DNA from: an uncultured Rhodobacterales bacterium
Lineage (GTDB): Bacteria; Pseudomonadota; Alphaproteobacteria; Rhodobacterales; Rhodobacteraceae
Assembly: GCA_964352105.1 (NCBI GenBank)
Contig: CAYGQQ010000002.1
Coordinates: forward strand, 7,857-71,856
Length of the DNA stretch: 64,000 bases
Direction of reading: 5' to 3'
The notes under the pieces were generated by a model. That model was not told where the DNA came from, ran no database searches, and worked only from the letters and a program-made list of their open reading frames with translations. Positions 1 through 11,661 of the stretch are shown here, piece after piece (the stretch's first letter is position 1; each line of letters begins with the position of its first letter). The translations under genes and the position numbers were made by a program.

Positions 1-2
1 AA

Positions 3-179
3 AGCCCGAACCGCCTGCCCGGCGCGCAAGCTACGTTCTGGCGGGCCTATTTCGATGTGGGTGACAGTCTTGTGACCGTGTCGCTACACAGTTTCGAAGA
101 TGAACCGCTCACGCGCGACGCTGGTCTGGCGGCTTTGCAAAGCTTCGTCGCCGAGATTCGCAAACAACCGACCGCCTGA
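3..179 (+). CDS. 3' end of an unidentified CDS cut by the window edge
   Basis: Frame 3 is open from the window edge to TGA at 177-179 (...FWRAYFDVGDSLVTVSLHSFEDEPLTRDAGLAALQSFVAEIRKQPTA*). It is missing from the ORF track only because no start codon lies in the window. No family recognised. Confidence 0.3.
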   Translation, partial: SPNRLPGAQATFWRAYFDVGDSLVTVSLHSFEDEPLTRDAGLAALQSFVAEIRKQPTA

Positions 180-224
180 CCTATTCCCCACTCTGTTGCA
201 GCTTGAGCCCGGCGCGATCAGTTC

Positions 225-1073
225 TTGCACGTGACCCATTGTTTGGAACATCTTAACGGTGCTAGCTCTAAAGAACTGCTCGAAACGACATCGGATCACA
301 TGATTAACCGTAGCCGCGATATCCTCAAGCTTGGACGCGACGGACCGCAATTGCGCAAGTGGGAACGCGCAGCACGCGGGGCCGGTGATCTGGATTTGGC
401 GCAATTGCGAAAGCTGCGCACAGATGCCCGCAAGCTGCGTCGTCATATCGACGAGGTGATCCATGTGGCGGATGGCAGGCTCGCGTTGCCCCGGATCGGC
501 AGCAATGCAATTTCGCGGCCCGCACAATCTGACTGGGCCTTCCGTCCTGAGATTTGGCGCGGCCCTATCCGCCCGAACGGCATTGCGGCGGCGAAGAATG
601 GCGACCGGATCGGGCAGGCGGCGACCCTGCATCACGATTGCAAGATCTCCGAACTGACCCTGCGCCAGATCAGAAACACGCGGGAAGATGACCTTGCACC
701 GTTCGGGTTGCGGTTAGACGTGTTCAAGTTTGACGGCAGCTTCCTGTCGCTGGTGATTGATCTGTCGGATGACGCGGTCCAAGGTCTGCGCCGCATCCAC
801 ATCCTGCGCCTCGAAGCGAATGTCGAGACCGAAAAACCTTTGGAAATTTTTGCGCGTTTGAATATCAAATACGGGCCGAATGTAGAACAAGTGGTGCGGG
901 AACTGTCTGGCCGAACTGCACCGCTGGTGGCAGAATTTGATCTGGCACATACCAAGGTCAATGAGGCCAGAATTGAACGGGTTTGGGTCGATCTGATCTT
1001 TGAGGAGCCTGAGATGAATGAGATCAGCCTGCGCGATCTGACGTTCAGCCGTCGCCCCCGCGCAGATTTTTGA
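225..1073 (+). CDS. hypothetical protein, no recognisable motif; start uncertain (TTG 225 or a downstream ATG)
   Basis: 282-codon ORF with coding-like composition, followed 18 nt later by a co-oriented ORF. The overlapping antisense ORFs (84-635, 632-1123, 714-1568) look like shadow frames. Confidence 0.55.
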   Translation: MHVTHCLEHLNGASSKELLETTSDHMINRSRDILKLGRDGPQLRKWERAARGAGDLDLAQLRKLRTDARKLRRHIDEVIHVADGRLALPRIGSNAISRPAQSDWAFRPEIWRGPIRPNGIAAAKNGDRIGQAATLHHDCKISELTLRQIRNTREDDLAPFGLRLDVFKFDGSFLSLVIDLSDDAVQGLRRIHILRLEANVETEKPLEIFARLNIKYGPNVEQVVRELSGRTAPLVAEFDLAHTKVNEARIERVWVDLIFEEPEMNEISLRDLTFSRRPRADF

Positions 1074-1091
1074 TGAAGGAAGGAGCCGTGC

Positions 1092-1472
1092 ATGAGTGAA
1101 ATGACAATGACCAAGACCCGCATTCAGGCCGGCATCTATGAAGCTGTCGTATCCTTGAAGCCCGGTCGCGACACGATCCCGAAGATCAGCGCCTATCTGT
1201 TTGGCAAGGAACAGCCCGGCGTGTCGATCAGCGATGTCCCGCAAGACCCTGCCAATTGGCTGGTGCGGTTCTCCATTCCCTCCGAGGCGCTGACCGATGG
1301 CATTCAGACCTTTGTGTTTGTGGATACCGAAACCGGAGAAAAGCTCGACAGTTTTTCGATTGTCACCGGGGAGCCGCTCAGCGACGACCTGAATGCGGAA
1401 GTTGATCTTCTTCGTTCCGAACTGGATATGCTGAAGAAAGCATTTCGCCGACACTGCCTTGATACGATGTAG
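1092..1472 (+). CDS. hypothetical small protein with C-terminal amphipathic helix
   Basis: ATG 1092 preceded by GAAGGAAGGAG RBS. 126 aa; C-terminal LNAEVDLLRSELDMLKKAFRRH looks coiled-coil-like. No family recognised. Confidence 0.55.
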   Translation: MSEMTMTKTRIQAGIYEAVVSLKPGRDTIPKISAYLFGKEQPGVSISDVPQDPANWLVRFSIPSEALTDGIQTFVFVDTETGEKLDSFSIVTGEPLSDDLNAEVDLLRSELDMLKKAFRRHCLDTM

Positions 1473-1502
1473 CTTTTCTGCGTGACGCGGCGTTTTGCGT
1501 GA

Positions 1503-3575
<2,073 letters not shown>

Positions 3576-3659
3576 CCACACCAAACCCTGTATTGAACTG
3601 ATTTAGCCCCGTTTTTACTGGTTAAGACGGCGCTCCCGGCTGTTTCGTCTTTTTCAACG

Positions 3660-3681
3660 ATTCCACAAATATTCCACGAAT
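3660..3681. promoter_or_regulatory. possible LysR-type operator (ATTCCAC direct repeat inside an ATTC-N14-GAAT dyad)
   Basis: ATTCCACAAATATTCCACGAAT lies 75-96 nt upstream of the LysR-family start codon. Motif-level guess only. Confidence 0.2.
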
Positions 3682-3755
3682 GGTCGCGTTGCGTTCGCAT
3701 TCCTGCCTCATTTCGACGGCATACAGATTGCCAATCAATACCTGAGGGGACGTCA

Positions 3756-4661
3756 ATGGATCGTCTAACTGAAATGGAAGCCTTCGCCACTGTCGTGGAC
3801 CAAGGTGGCTTCACCGACGCTGCGAGGAAGATGGGTATTTCGAAATCTGCCGTTTCGAAACATGTCTCATCTTTGGAAACGCGGCTTGGGGCCCGCCTTT
3901 TGAACCGCACGACACGTCGCGTAAGTCCTACCGAAATAGGCCTGGCCTATTATGACCGCGCACGGCGCGTGCTCAATGATGCGGGTGAAGCAGATGCTTT
4001 GGTCTCGTCTATGCAAAGCGCACCGTCCGGTCTTCTGAGAATTTCTGTCGCAACTGATTTCGGCGTGAACCACATGTCCCCAATCTTGGGCGACTTCCTG
4101 GTCGATTACCCCGATATCACTGTGAACATGGTGCTCAACAACCGTTACGTCGAACTGATCAGCGAAGGCTTCGACCTCGCAATTCGTATCGGTGAGATGG
4201 AAGACAGCTCCCTTCGCGCTCGGAAACTGACCGAGACCACGAAGCGCCTGATCGCCAGCCCGAAATATTTCGAACAATTCGGTCATCCTGAAAAGATCGA
4301 TGATCTGAACGAACACAAGCTGCTGCATTATTCCAACCAGTCTGCCGGCAATGTCTGGAAGCTGACCGCCCCATCGGGTGAAAAGCGTCAGGTGCGTACC
4401 CAAGGCTGGCTGACCGTGAATGACGGGCAGTCCTTGCTAAACGCATGTGTATCGGGTCTTGGCATCGCTTACCTGCCAAGCTTTCTTTACGCAGAAGCGC
4501 TGGCTGCCGGGCTTGTTGCCGAGGCGATGCCGGATCTTCCTGCTGAAACCCAAGGCATCTTTGCGGTTTACCCGCCCGGACGGTATACACAGCCAAAAGT
4601 GCGGACATTCATCGACTTCCTGGTCGAGGCATTCCGCGAAAAAGGCCCAGATAGCTGGTAG
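3756..4661 (+). CDS. LysR family transcriptional regulator
   Basis: N-terminal wHTH (FTDAARKMGISKSAVSKHVSSLETRLGARLLNRTTR) plus an LysR substrate-binding region; 301 aa. Confidence 0.9.
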   Translation: MDRLTEMEAFATVVDQGGFTDAARKMGISKSAVSKHVSSLETRLGARLLNRTTRRVSPTEIGLAYYDRARRVLNDAGEADALVSSMQSAPSGLLRISVATDFGVNHMSPILGDFLVDYPDITVNMVLNNRYVELISEGFDLAIRIGEMEDSSLRARKLTETTKRLIASPKYFEQFGHPEKIDDLNEHKLLHYSNQSAGNVWKLTAPSGEKRQVRTQGWLTVNDGQSLLNACVSGLGIAYLPSFLYAEALAAGLVAEAMPDLPAETQGIFAVYPPGRYTQPKVRTFIDFLVEAFREKGPDSW

Positions 4662-4668
4662 TCCAGCC

Positions 4669-5601
4669 TCACGGCTCCTGAACAGAGATAAGAACCGCCT
4701 CAACACGGCGGTTCTTTGCACGTCCGGCCTCTGATGAATTCGTGGCAATAGGCGACAGATACCCAACACCATCGGCGATCACTTGCGACTGTGATGCGCC
4801 TAGCTCCACCAGTCTTTTGGCAACCTCCTGCGCGCGTTTGCGCGACAGGGCGATGTTGTTTTGCAGCGATCCGACCGCATCCGTGTGTCCGACCAGAGCG
4901 ATCTGGCGGGCGGGGTCTTCGGCCAAGAACGCGACAAGTTCCAAAAGCGATTGTGGGTCTTCCTCCCCCATCCCGGCAGACCCTGTTCCGAAGTCCAAGT
5001 CCTCCAAAATGACATGGCCTTTTGTCGTCAGCTGATCAATCCGCGGAGTGATTGCTGTTGTGGTTTGAACTGGGTTTGCGGGCGACGGCGCACCGGTCGC
5101 ATCGCCTCCACCAACCGAAATCATCTGCACATGTGCAAGGTTCGGGCTGCGGCTGACAAACAGGCTGACATATTCAGGCACCGCGCTACCCAGACGCTGC
5201 GCTGCGAGATACCTGAAATCGCTGAGGTCGATATGCATGTCCGGTTCCGGCAGAACATCGGTCTCAAACCGGAAATCAAAGCCGCCGCATTCGCGGGTTT
5301 CGCACTCATAGAGCAGCTCGAACCCACGCCGCTCAAGTTGTTGACGGAGGCTGTCCATAACACTCAGAGAGGTCGGGTCAGATTGCTGAATACGCCAAGC
5401 TTGCGTGATCTTTGGCCCCTCGGCCACAAGGGTCTGAATGAACCCGTCGCTGAACGGACCAATGGGCAGTTTATAGCTGTCAAACGCAACGCTACTGCGG
5501 TGTGTCTCACTGACACTGCCTTGAAATTCCAAGGATATTTCTGCTGTCAGAATACACGGCCAGAGGCAGAAGCCGATCATGGGAAGGGCCGTTATCCTCA
5601 C
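4669..5601 (-). CDS. OmpA family protein with uncharacterised N-terminal domain
   Basis: C-terminal OmpA/MotB-like motif (LVGHTDAVGS...LSRKRAQEVAKRL...NRRVEAVL). Hydrophobic N-terminus. GTG start overlaps the upstream stop (GTGA). Confidence 0.85.
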   Translation of the reverse strand: MRITALPMIGFCLWPCILTAEISLEFQGSVSETHRSSVAFDSYKLPIGPFSDGFIQTLVAEGPKITQAWRIQQSDPTSLSVMDSLRQQLERRGFELLYECETRECGGFDFRFETDVLPEPDMHIDLSDFRYLAAQRLGSAVPEYVSLFVSRSPNLAHVQMISVGGGDATGAPSPANPVQTTTAITPRIDQLTTKGHVILEDLDFGTGSAGMGEEDPQSLLELVAFLAEDPARQIALVGHTDAVGSLQNNIALSRKRAQEVAKRLVELGASQSQVIADGVGYLSPIATNSSEAGRAKNRRVEAVLISVQEP

Positions 5602-6170
5602 CGGTTTGCCGCGTGGTATTCGGCGTTGGGACGCATATCAACAGCTGAGGCCATACGGTTCGTCATGTTGAAAAAGCTTGCCACTGCGGCGACGTCCCAG
5701 ATGTCGCGGTCGTTCAGGCCAACCTGCCGTAACTTTTCGCGATCAGGCTCTTCAATCCGGTAGCTGGCCTCGGTCATCTTGACCGAGAAATCCAGCATGG
5801 CACGGGTGCGGGCATCAAGATCGGCGGTCCGGTAATTTATCGCCAGCGCCTCGGCAAGTTCCGGATCGCCGGACAGTTCGCGTACGGCAGCCCCATGGGC
5901 AACAAGGCAATAAAAGCAGCGGTTCACGGAGGACACGACGACGGCGATCATCTCCCGCTCCAGTTTGCTAAGCCCGCTATCGGCCAGCATCAGGTCGTTA
6001 TAAAGCCCGGAAAATGCATCCAGTTTGGCTTCGTCAAAGGCGTAAGCCGTCAGGACGTTCGGAACCAGGCCTAATTTTTCCTGACAGATATCAAAATACT
6101 TCTGCATGCGATCCGGCATCGGATCAAGCGGTGGCAGATCCAGGGCGGTGACTTTCGGCGCGTCTTTCAA
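5598..6170 (-). CDS. peroxidase-related enzyme, carboxymuconolactone decarboxylase/AhpD family
   Basis: AhpD-like core with Cys motif NRCFYCLVAHG; 190 aa. Confidence 0.85.
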   Translation of the reverse strand: MKDAPKVTALDLPPLDPMPDRMQKYFDICQEKLGLVPNVLTAYAFDEAKLDAFSGLYNDLMLADSGLSKLEREMIAVVVSSVNRCFYCLVAHGAAVRELSGDPELAEALAINYRTADLDARTRAMLDFSVKMTEASYRIEEPDREKLRQVGLNDRDIWDVAAVASFFNMTNRMASAVDMRPNAEYHAANR

Positions 6171-6185
6171 GGGATCAGGGCTTTC

Positions 6186-6893
6186 TCAGGTCTTGATACG
6201 GTAATGATATCCGGCAATTTCGCGCATCCCCATCCCACTGTAAAGCGCAAGCGCTGCGCTGTTTGCGCGCGTGACCGCCAGCAACATTTCTTCCGCCCCC
6301 TGCAAATGCGCCCAATACGCCGCCCCGCGCATCATATGCGTCGCAAGCCCGGACCGACGCTGAAAGGGAAGTATCTCAAGCGCGTGGATCATGGCGGACG
6401 CACCATGGCACGCAACGAAACCCGCTCCGCCAGAGCGGTCGTTAATCCGTCCAAGAATACCAGTCTTGGGGGATTTAACCCGCTGCATGACGTTTAATCT
6501 GGCTAGACCGATCCCACCATCGGCCCAGATATCTTTCATGATCTGCAACGGCTCCCAAATAGGAAAGCAGGTCACGGGCGGGACAGGGGCGTCCATCAAT
6601 GTCGTAATATCACACCGCAGAATAACTGTCGGATCGACAACAGAATATCCGCTTTCCGCCAGAACAGTGTCTAAATCCTCTTGCTCCTTTCGAACAGAGA
6701 ACAGGCAATCCTGACCAAGCGCGCGCATTTTGGATTCCGCCTCGTCCAGATCATCCAGCGTGATTTCATCATCGATTGTGCTGGCAGAAACACGTTTGCC
6801 ACCACCTTGCCCGTCCCTGACGGTGATCCGTCCCGCTTGATATAGGTCAGCGGCTGGCCAGGTCGCCGCCAGGATTTCAAACGGATCGCTCAT
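6186..6893 (-). CDS. GNAT family N-acetyltransferase
   Basis: C-terminal acetyl-CoA binding-like region (LEILPFQRRSGLATHMM...ALALYSGMGM). ATG overlaps the upstream stop (ATGA). Confidence 0.7.
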   Translation of the reverse strand: MSDPFEILAATWPAADLYQAGRITVRDGQGGGKRVSASTIDDEITLDDLDEAESKMRALGQDCLFSVRKEQEDLDTVLAESGYSVVDPTVILRCDITTLMDAPVPPVTCFPIWEPLQIMKDIWADGGIGLARLNVMQRVKSPKTGILGRINDRSGGAGFVACHGASAMIHALEILPFQRRSGLATHMMRGAAYWAHLQGAEEMLLAVTRANSAALALYSGMGMREIAGYHYRIKT

Positions 6894-7621
6894 TGGGCTG
6901 GCACGCCAAGCAGGTCAGCCAATTGTACCGCCACTGTTTCAAGCTCTGCCGCATCCGTTCCGCGGATCACAAGGTTGGAGCCGTAGATGCCGTCTTTCTG
7001 GAACGGGTAGGAGCCGAAGGACAGGTGATCATGTTCCGCCGCGAGCGCCGCAAGTGGGCCTGCCAGATCCCCTTCACCGCGGTCCACCCGCAAGGTTTTG
7101 GACAGAAGCGGCGCGCCGCCAGTTAGGGTGGGCAGAACGGACGCCACCATCGCATTGAAAACTGATGGGACACCGGCCATGACATGGACATTGCCCAACG
7201 TGAAGCCGGGCGCCACGGATACCGGGTTGTCGATCAGTGTCGCGCCGTCAGGAATGCGGGCCATGCGCAGGCGCGCCTCGTTCAATTCAGACCCTGTTTT
7301 GGCGTAATGCGCCGCCAGAAGCGCGCGCGCGTCATCGCGGATATCAACCTTCGTATCGAACGCGATGCCGATGGCGTCGGCGGTGATATCGTCATGGGTT
7401 GGCCCGATGCCACCGGAGGTGAAGACATGGTCAAACCGCGCGCTCAGCGATCTAGCTGCGTCGACGATGTCGTCTTGTTCATCTGACACCACGCGCACCT
7501 CTTTCAGGTCAATGCCCGCTTCGGTCAATTTGCCCGCCAGATGATACATATTGGCATCCCGCGTTCTGCCGGACAGAATTTCGTCCCCGATCACGAGCAT
7601 GGCGGCGGTTGGGTTTGGCAT
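6890..7621 (-). CDS. CinA-like molybdopterin-binding (MoCF_BD) domain protein
   Basis: LVIGDEILSGRTRDANMYHLA...FTSGGIGPTHDDITADAI. I place the start at ATG 7621, which has an AAGGAG RBS; the track ORF extends to 7669. Confidence 0.85.
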   Translation of the reverse strand: MPNPTAAMLVIGDEILSGRTRDANMYHLAGKLTEAGIDLKEVRVVSDEQDDIVDAARSLSARFDHVFTSGGIGPTHDDITADAIGIAFDTKVDIRDDARALLAAHYAKTGSELNEARLRMARIPDGATLIDNPVSVAPGFTLGNVHVMAGVPSVFNAMVASVLPTLTGGAPLLSKTLRVDRGEGDLAGPLAALAAEHDHLSFGSYPFQKDGIYGSNLVIRGTDAAELETVAVQLADLLGVPAQ

Positions 7622-7667
7622 CTGGGCGCTCCTTGTCTGTCCTTTGTCAGAGGTATAGGGCTCCTGC

Positions 7668-8396
7668 ATGCGCTTTCAAACCCCACTAATCCCCGCGACC
7701 CTGATCCGACGTTACAAGAGGTTTCTTGCTGACATTCGGTTGGAAAACGGACAGGACGTCACGGCTCATTGCCCCAACCCCGGCGCGATGCTTGGCCTGC
7801 AAGACCCCGGCATGCGCATCTGGGTAGAGCCCAACGATGATCCGAAAAAGAAGCTGAAATACGGGTGGCGAATGGCAGAGCTTGCAGGTGGCCATTTCGC
7901 AGGCATCGACACCAGCCTTCCCAACAAGATCGTCAAAGCCGCCCTTATGAACCGGGAGGTTTCCGCGCTTGCCGCCTACAAGACCGTGCGTCCGGAGGTG
8001 AATTACGGTGAAAACAGCCGCGTCGATTTTCTGCTGTCTGAACCCGGTCTGCCAGACGCCTATGTCGAGGTTAAAAACGTCCATCTCAGGCGTGAGGGGG
8101 ACTGGGCGGAGTTTCCCGACTGCGTCACAGTGCGCGGGCGAAAGCATCTGGAGGAACTCTCCAAAGTTGCAAGCACTGGTCAGCGGGCCGTCATGCTATA
8201 CCTTGTTCAACGGACCGACTGCACGCGTTTCAGGCTCGCCGCAGATCTAGACCCGAACTACGCTGACGCCTTTGATAAGGCGCGGGAAAAGGGAATTGAA
8301 ATCATGTGCTTTGGCACCAATATCACACCTGACGGAGTTGAATTTGGTCGCGAGCTCTTTGTAGATCCAAATCCACAAGCTCTTGAGCTAAAATAA
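7668..8396 (+). CDS. sfsA: sugar fermentation stimulation protein SfsA (DNA/RNA nuclease-like)
   Basis: N-terminus LIPATLIRRYKRFLADI...HCPNPGAM is typical SfsA; 242 aa. Confidence 0.9.
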   Translation: MRFQTPLIPATLIRRYKRFLADIRLENGQDVTAHCPNPGAMLGLQDPGMRIWVEPNDDPKKKLKYGWRMAELAGGHFAGIDTSLPNKIVKAALMNREVSALAAYKTVRPEVNYGENSRVDFLLSEPGLPDAYVEVKNVHLRREGDWAEFPDCVTVRGRKHLEELSKVASTGQRAVMLYLVQRTDCTRFRLAADLDPNYADAFDKAREKGIEIMCFGTNITPDGVEFGRELFVDPNPQALELK

Positions 8397-8444
8397 CTCA
8401 TAGATTAGGTCATTTGAACGAAATGAAAGAGTGAGGAGCACCAG

Positions 8445-9257
8445 GTGGAGCATCCGCATAAAGGACGAATGACACGCGATGGGATCCGCATCCATGAGGA
8501 TGGGGACTTTGCTGGTATGCATGCCGCGGGCGAATTGGCCGCGACAATTCTGGACAACGTCGCGAACCATGTTGTGCCCGGAACAACGACGGAGCAACTG
8601 GATCAGTTGATTACCGATATGGTTGACGCGGCTGGCGCCAAATCGGCGACCATTGGCTATAAGGGCTACAAGCACGCCTCCTGTATCAGCGTGAACCACG
8701 TCGTTTGCCACGGCATTCCCGGACCAAAGACCTTGAAGGACGGTGACATCCTGAACGTCGATGTCACGGTGATCGTCGATGGCTGGTTTGGTGACACAAG
8801 CCGCATGTATGTTGCAGGCGCGCCAAACCGGAAAGCGGAGCGGTTGATCCAGGTCACTCATGACGCGCTGTTCAAAGGCATTGAACAGGTCAAACCCGGA
8901 AATACATTTGGCGATATTGGCCACGCGATTCAGAAATATGTCGAAGCGAACCGCATGTCCGTGGTCCGCGATTTCTGCGGTCATGGCTTGGGTCGCGTGT
9001 TCCATGCGCCGCCAAATGTTTTGCATTACGGACAGCCAGGCACGAATGCGATTCTGGAAGAAGGCATGTTTTTCACAATCGAACCAATGGTCAATCTTGG
9101 ACGTCCAGAAACCAAGGTTCTTGGGGATGACTGGACTGCCGTGACCCGAGACAAGTCATTGTCCGCACAGTTTGAGCATTCGGTTGGCGTCACCGCAGAC
9201 GGGGTTGAGATCTTCACCCTCTCGCCTGCGGACAAATTCCATCCGACATATGTCTGA
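8445..9257 (+). CDS. map: type I methionine aminopeptidase
   Basis: VCHGIPG, DGDILNVDVT, GWFGDTSRM, HGLG and FTIEPM metal-ligand context. GTG 8445 has a GAGGAG RBS; ATG 8469 is an alternative. Confidence 0.93.
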   Translation: MEHPHKGRMTRDGIRIHEDGDFAGMHAAGELAATILDNVANHVVPGTTTEQLDQLITDMVDAAGAKSATIGYKGYKHASCISVNHVVCHGIPGPKTLKDGDILNVDVTVIVDGWFGDTSRMYVAGAPNRKAERLIQVTHDALFKGIEQVKPGNTFGDIGHAIQKYVEANRMSVVRDFCGHGLGRVFHAPPNVLHYGQPGTNAILEEGMFFTIEPMVNLGRPETKVLGDDWTAVTRDKSLSAQFEHSVGVTADGVEIFTLSPADKFHPTYV

Positions 9258-9303
9258 AAACGCTCCCTAAATTTTAAGACGGATTTAAAAGGAATCATGC
9301 CTG

Positions 9304-10074
9304 TTGGACGGCATGACAAGACTTGCCTCTGAATTCGGTGAAAAATCGGTGCCTGCTTTTGCCTTGCAAAACTCTGGGCGTCCGAAGGGTGTTGCCCCGT
9401 CCGTGCAGGAAAGCGATCCCTCGCGCATACACGCACGTTTCTTGCAATCAGGCGCGGATGCCCTTCGCGATGACGAACTATTGGAGCTGTGCCTACAACG
9501 CTCGGTTTCGCCCCGGAATATTCGGCCGCTGGTAGACAAGCTTCTGTGCAGGTTTGGCGACTTCAACCGGGTGGTCGCGGCCTCCCCTGCGCAGCTGACA
9601 CGGATCGCGGGCATCGATGCGTCCGCAATACACGATCTGAAGATTGTGGAGGCGTCTGCCCACCGGATGGCGCAGGCAAAGGTGCTGAAAACGGACGTTA
9701 TTTCCAGTTGGGACAGTTTGATCGATTACTGCACGACGCGCATGGCTCATTTGCAGACGGAGCAGTTTCGCGTGCTCTTTCTCGACCGCAAGAACGTTTT
9801 GATCGCGGATGAAGCGCAAGCTGGCGGAACGGTCGACCATGTCCCAGTTTATCCGCGCGAAGTGTTGAAGCGCGCGTTGGAGCTGAACGGCTCCGCAATA
9901 ATTCTGGTGCATAACCATCCGTCAGGTGACCCCAACCCATCGGATGCAGATATTGTGATGACCGAAAAAATCGTCGCCGGAGCCAGCGCATTGGGGCTTA
10001 CTGTGCATGACCATATTATCGTTGGGAAAAGCGGCGTGTATTCCTTCCGTGCGGAAGGTCTAATCTCGGACTAA
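9304..10074 (+). CDS. radC: RadC family (JAB/MPN domain) protein
   Basis: JAMM motif HNHPSGDPNPSDADI. The start could be ATG 9313 rather than TTG 9304. Confidence 0.88.
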   Translation: MDGMTRLASEFGEKSVPAFALQNSGRPKGVAPSVQESDPSRIHARFLQSGADALRDDELLELCLQRSVSPRNIRPLVDKLLCRFGDFNRVVAASPAQLTRIAGIDASAIHDLKIVEASAHRMAQAKVLKTDVISSWDSLIDYCTTRMAHLQTEQFRVLFLDRKNVLIADEAQAGGTVDHVPVYPREVLKRALELNGSAIILVHNHPSGDPNPSDADIVMTEKIVAGASALGLTVHDHIIVGKSGVYSFRAEGLISD

Positions 10075-10082
10075 AATAGGCT

Positions 10083-11636
10083 CTATTTAAGCCAAACTTC
10101 TACACGGCGGTTGGCCGCGCGCCCCCAAGCGGTGTCGTCGCATGCCATCGGCAAAGCTTCCCCAAACGCTTCAACCTTCATCTCCAGTCTGGACAATGTG
10201 GCGTCCGCGGCCGCGTCTTTCACAAGTGCCAGAACCTCTTCCGCACGACGCTTGGCCAATTGAAGGTTCGGACCGGACGCGCCTTCGCTGTCACTGAAAC
10301 CCACAAATAACAGCTCATGATCGTCGAACACGCCAAGCTCCATCGCGCGGGCCAATCGCAAGACGTTTTCACGCGATTTTGCGTCCAATTCGCTTGATCC
10401 GTCGCGAAATCGGAATGTTGTAGACAACCGGTCCAACTGACCCAGCACGGAGACCAATCGCTGCAATTCGGCCAGCGTGACATCCCGCCCCGCCATTTGG
10501 ATGGCAAGCGCAAGACGATCCCCTTGATTGCGGAAATTGCTGCTACGGACCGATTGATCAACAAAACCGGCGCGGCGAATGACAGTGTCAGACGCGGTTG
10601 ATGCCACGAAGTCAATGAACTCCCGCCCGATCAGTGGCAGACGGCGCGCGGGCGTGAAGAACATCAGCGGCAGAATAAGCGGGTAATCTTCGTTACGAAG
10701 CGACGCCAAGTTTGGCCGTTGCTCAAACCCGCAACTGCCTTTGATAGACAAAATATCGGCATTTCCAACTTGGCTGAGTGTCGACAACGCAATCGAGGAG
10801 ATATCAAGCGACACACTGTCGGACAGCTCTTCCAATGACGCGAAAGACGCCTGCGGTTCACCCAGTGACTTACCATATTGCGCCATAATAGAGTCTTCCA
10901 GGACACGAACCAATCCGTTCAACTCCCCCGGAAGGACAAGCTTGATCGGGACGTCCGGGCCACCTATCTCGGACCAGTTTTCAACCTCGCCAGAAAATAT
11001 TCCGGCCAGTTCCTCCAGCCCGACAGCGCGCGTCGGCTGCGTTGAGGATTTAAGCGCTGCAATACCATCCAGCGCAACAACCCGCCCGCGCCGATTTTCA
11101 AGCAAGTTCCCGACCCCGGCAGACCGTGCCATCTCCAACTCGCGGGTGTCAGGCTCTCGCAGCACCATTGCGATGTCGGCCGCTTCCGCGATCAGATCGG
11201 CAAATCCTTCTGATGTCGTCGTAGATCGCAGGCCGAAGCGCGCCAGATCCCGGTCATTATCGCGCATCACGAATGTGGAATGGGTGTCGTCAACCACCTC
11301 CCGCAGCACCGAATATCCGTTTCGATCCGCAAACGCCTGCAACAAGGCCGGAACAAGCAGATCTCCCATCAATCTGGTGCCAGACAGGTTAATCTCGGCG
11401 ATATAGGCTTCCAGGTTCGGACAACCCACGCCTTCACACACCACGCCTTGCGCATCCACGGTCAACAGCCCGTATTTCGTATCAACGCGAAAGAACTCGC
11501 CGTCAAAGCCAAGCAGGCTGCCTTCCAACTGGATCGAGCCATCGCGCGACGTCAATTTCACGTCTTCCGCTTGCGCAACGACGGGGTCCGGCAAGGCGAA
11601 CCACAATGCCGAAGCAGCAATGCTCAGAATTCTCAT
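10083..11636 (-). CDS. periplasmic phosphate-binding-protein-like / OmpA C-terminal fusion protein
   Basis: Signal peptide MRILSIAASALWFALPDPVVAQA. Central PstS-like PBP region. C-terminal OmpA motif (FVGFSDSEG...LAKRRAEEV...NRRVEVWL). ATG 11636 preferred over TTG 11648. Confidence 0.8.
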   Translation of the reverse strand: MRILSIAASALWFALPDPVVAQAEDVKLTSRDGSIQLEGSLLGFDGEFFRVDTKYGLLTVDAQGVVCEGVGCPNLEAYIAEINLSGTRLMGDLLVPALLQAFADRNGYSVLREVVDDTHSTFVMRDNDRDLARFGLRSTTTSEGFADLIAEAADIAMVLREPDTRELEMARSAGVGNLLENRRGRVVALDGIAALKSSTQPTRAVGLEELAGIFSGEVENWSEIGGPDVPIKLVLPGELNGLVRVLEDSIMAQYGKSLGEPQASFASLEELSDSVSLDISSIALSTLSQVGNADILSIKGSCGFEQRPNLASLRNEDYPLILPLMFFTPARRLPLIGREFIDFVASTASDTVIRRAGFVDQSVRSSNFRNQGDRLALAIQMAGRDVTLAELQRLVSVLGQLDRLSTTFRFRDGSSELDAKSRENVLRLARAMELGVFDDHELLFVGFSDSEGASGPNLQLAKRRAEEVLALVKDAAADATLSRLEMKVEAFGEALPMACDDTAWGRAANRRVEVWLK

Positions 11637-11661
11637 CAGTTTTTGCAATTTTCCGCCCGCG

